The position numbers were made by a program, and so were the translations under genes. Under the pieces are notes generated by a model that was not told the origin of the DNA, did no database searches, and was given only the letters and a program-made list of their open reading frames with translations. This document shows positions 15,071-15,741 of a stretch of DNA of 15,741 bases, piece by piece; the first letter of the stretch is position 1; each line of letters begins with the position of its first letter. Source of the DNA: Nanobdellota archaeon (GTDB lineage: Archaea > Nanobdellota > Nanobdellia > SCGC-AAA011-G17 > JACPNG01); the NCBI GenBank assembly GCA_038046345.1, contig JBBSWJ010000027.1, positions 18,428 to 34,168 on the forward strand, read 5' to 3'.

Positions 15071-15741
15071 AATGAAAGCTTACTATGAGCACGATTCAAA
15101 ATGTTAAAAGCTGAATTTAAATCACGAGAAACAGAAAGTCCACAGTTAGGACAATCATGTTTCCTATTGGATAAATTCTTTGGAACTGCTTTTCCACATC
15201 CTGAACATTCTTGCGTAGTGCCTCTTGGTTCAACAGCTATTAGTTTACATCCAGCTTCCTCCGCTTTATATGTAAGTAATTGCCTGAACTTATTCCATGA
15301 AGCATCATTAATTGAACGATTTAGATACTTATTCTTCATTTTAGACACTTGTAAATCCTCAATAGCAATTAATGAATATAAACTAACTAATCTTTTAGAC
15401 TCCTTATGCAGAAAATCCAGCCTTTGATTAGATACCCTTTCATACAGTTTAGCTAATCTTAATCTTGATTTAAACCTATTAGAAGAACCTCTTTTCTTCT
15501 TTGATAATAATCTTGATTTAGATTTTAGTTTCTCTAATGATGATCTTAAATATCTAGGGTTAACTATTTCAAGTCCGTCAGACAATGTAGCAAATGTAGC
15601 TAATCCTACATCTATGCCAACATGCTTATCAGATGTATGCTTAGGGGGAATAGTATGAACTTCACAACCGAATATAGCATACCATTTATTAGCAGGAGTT
15701 TTCATAAGAGTAAGAGTTTTAACTTTACCTTTAATAGCCCT
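14972..15741 (-). mobile_element. IS200/IS605-superfamily (IS1341/IS605-like) element, right end and tnpB; left part outside window
   Basis: TnpB ORF followed on the minus strand by ...CAGGAAGCTCCACACTTCAGTGTGTAAGAGTATGTCAC. Subterminal hairpin CACAC-TTCA-GTGTG and terminal TCAC at 14975-14972. Confidence 0.85.
14983..15741 (-). CDS. tnpB: TnpB RNA-guided endonuclease (5'-truncated by the window edge; 15705 is not the real start)
   Basis: The frame is open to the window edge (RAIKGKVKTLTLMKTPANKWYAIF). RuvC-I VGIDVG, RuvC-II IAIEDL, zinc finger CSGC...CPNC, RuvC-III RDLNSAFNI. Confidence 0.95.
   Translation of the reverse strand, partial: RAIKGKVKTLTLMKTPANKWYAIFGCEVHTIPPKHTSDKHVGIDVGLATFATLSDGLEIVNPRYLRSSLEKLKSKSRLLSKKKRGSSNRFKSRLRLAKLYERVSNQRLDFLHKESKRLVSLYSLIAIEDLQVSKMKNKYLNRSINDASWNKFRQLLTYKAEEAGCKLIAVEPRGTTQECSGCGKAVPKNLSNRKHDCPNCGLSVSRDLNSAFNILNRAHSKLSLPAEGHSVEACGDRTIVLSSKQEAPHFSV

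Noticed and set aside
14972-15100. Possible IStron (group I intron-IS chimera)
   Set aside because: The insertion is intergenic and no group I core is visible. The left end is outside the window.
624-15427. Opposite-strand or nested ORFs in the track (624-1244, 1561-1779, 3262-3501, 4026-4211, 5079-5375, 5293-5478, 7110-7319, 7782-8051, 8362-8910, 8969-9205, 9743-9928, 10178-10450, 11249-11551, 11502-11699, 12024-12299, 12357-12557, 13495-13827, 14185-14457, 14822-15088, 15101-15427)
   Set aside because: All lie within or across well-supported genes, lack motifs and have shadow-frame composition.
1-15741. tRNA, rRNA or CRISPR arrays
   Set aside because: No cloverleaf, rRNA-like tract or regularly spaced repeats were seen, and intergenic space is too short to hold them.

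Overview
Gene-dense, AT-rich archaeal window. The gene set, TATA-box promoters and very short or overlapping intergenic gaps point to a reduced DPANN-type genome (Woesearchaeales/Pacearchaeales-like; inference). The left half is housekeeping and repair: the proteasome ATPase PAN, a membrane protein coupled to the 2H phosphoesterase ThpR, an orphan ORF, a Hef/FANCM system split into separate helicase and ERCC4-nuclease genes, small membrane proteins, a TraB/Tiki-family gene coupled to an apparently catalytically dead M50-like membrane protein, and a PRC-barrel protein. The right half (7756-14954) is the most interesting part. A VirB11/ArlI/PilB-like ATPase with a long N-terminal extension and a 721-aa ArlJ/PilC/TadBC-like platform protein are transcribed divergently, from mirror-image promoters, from two soluble coiled-coil proteins. 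Those two genes abut an operon of three tandem paralogous polytopic membrane proteins. No pilin, archaellin or prepilin peptidase gene is in the window. The window ends in an IS200/IS605-type element with an intact TnpB, a recognisable right end and predicted omegaRNA, inserted 17 bp after the platform gene.
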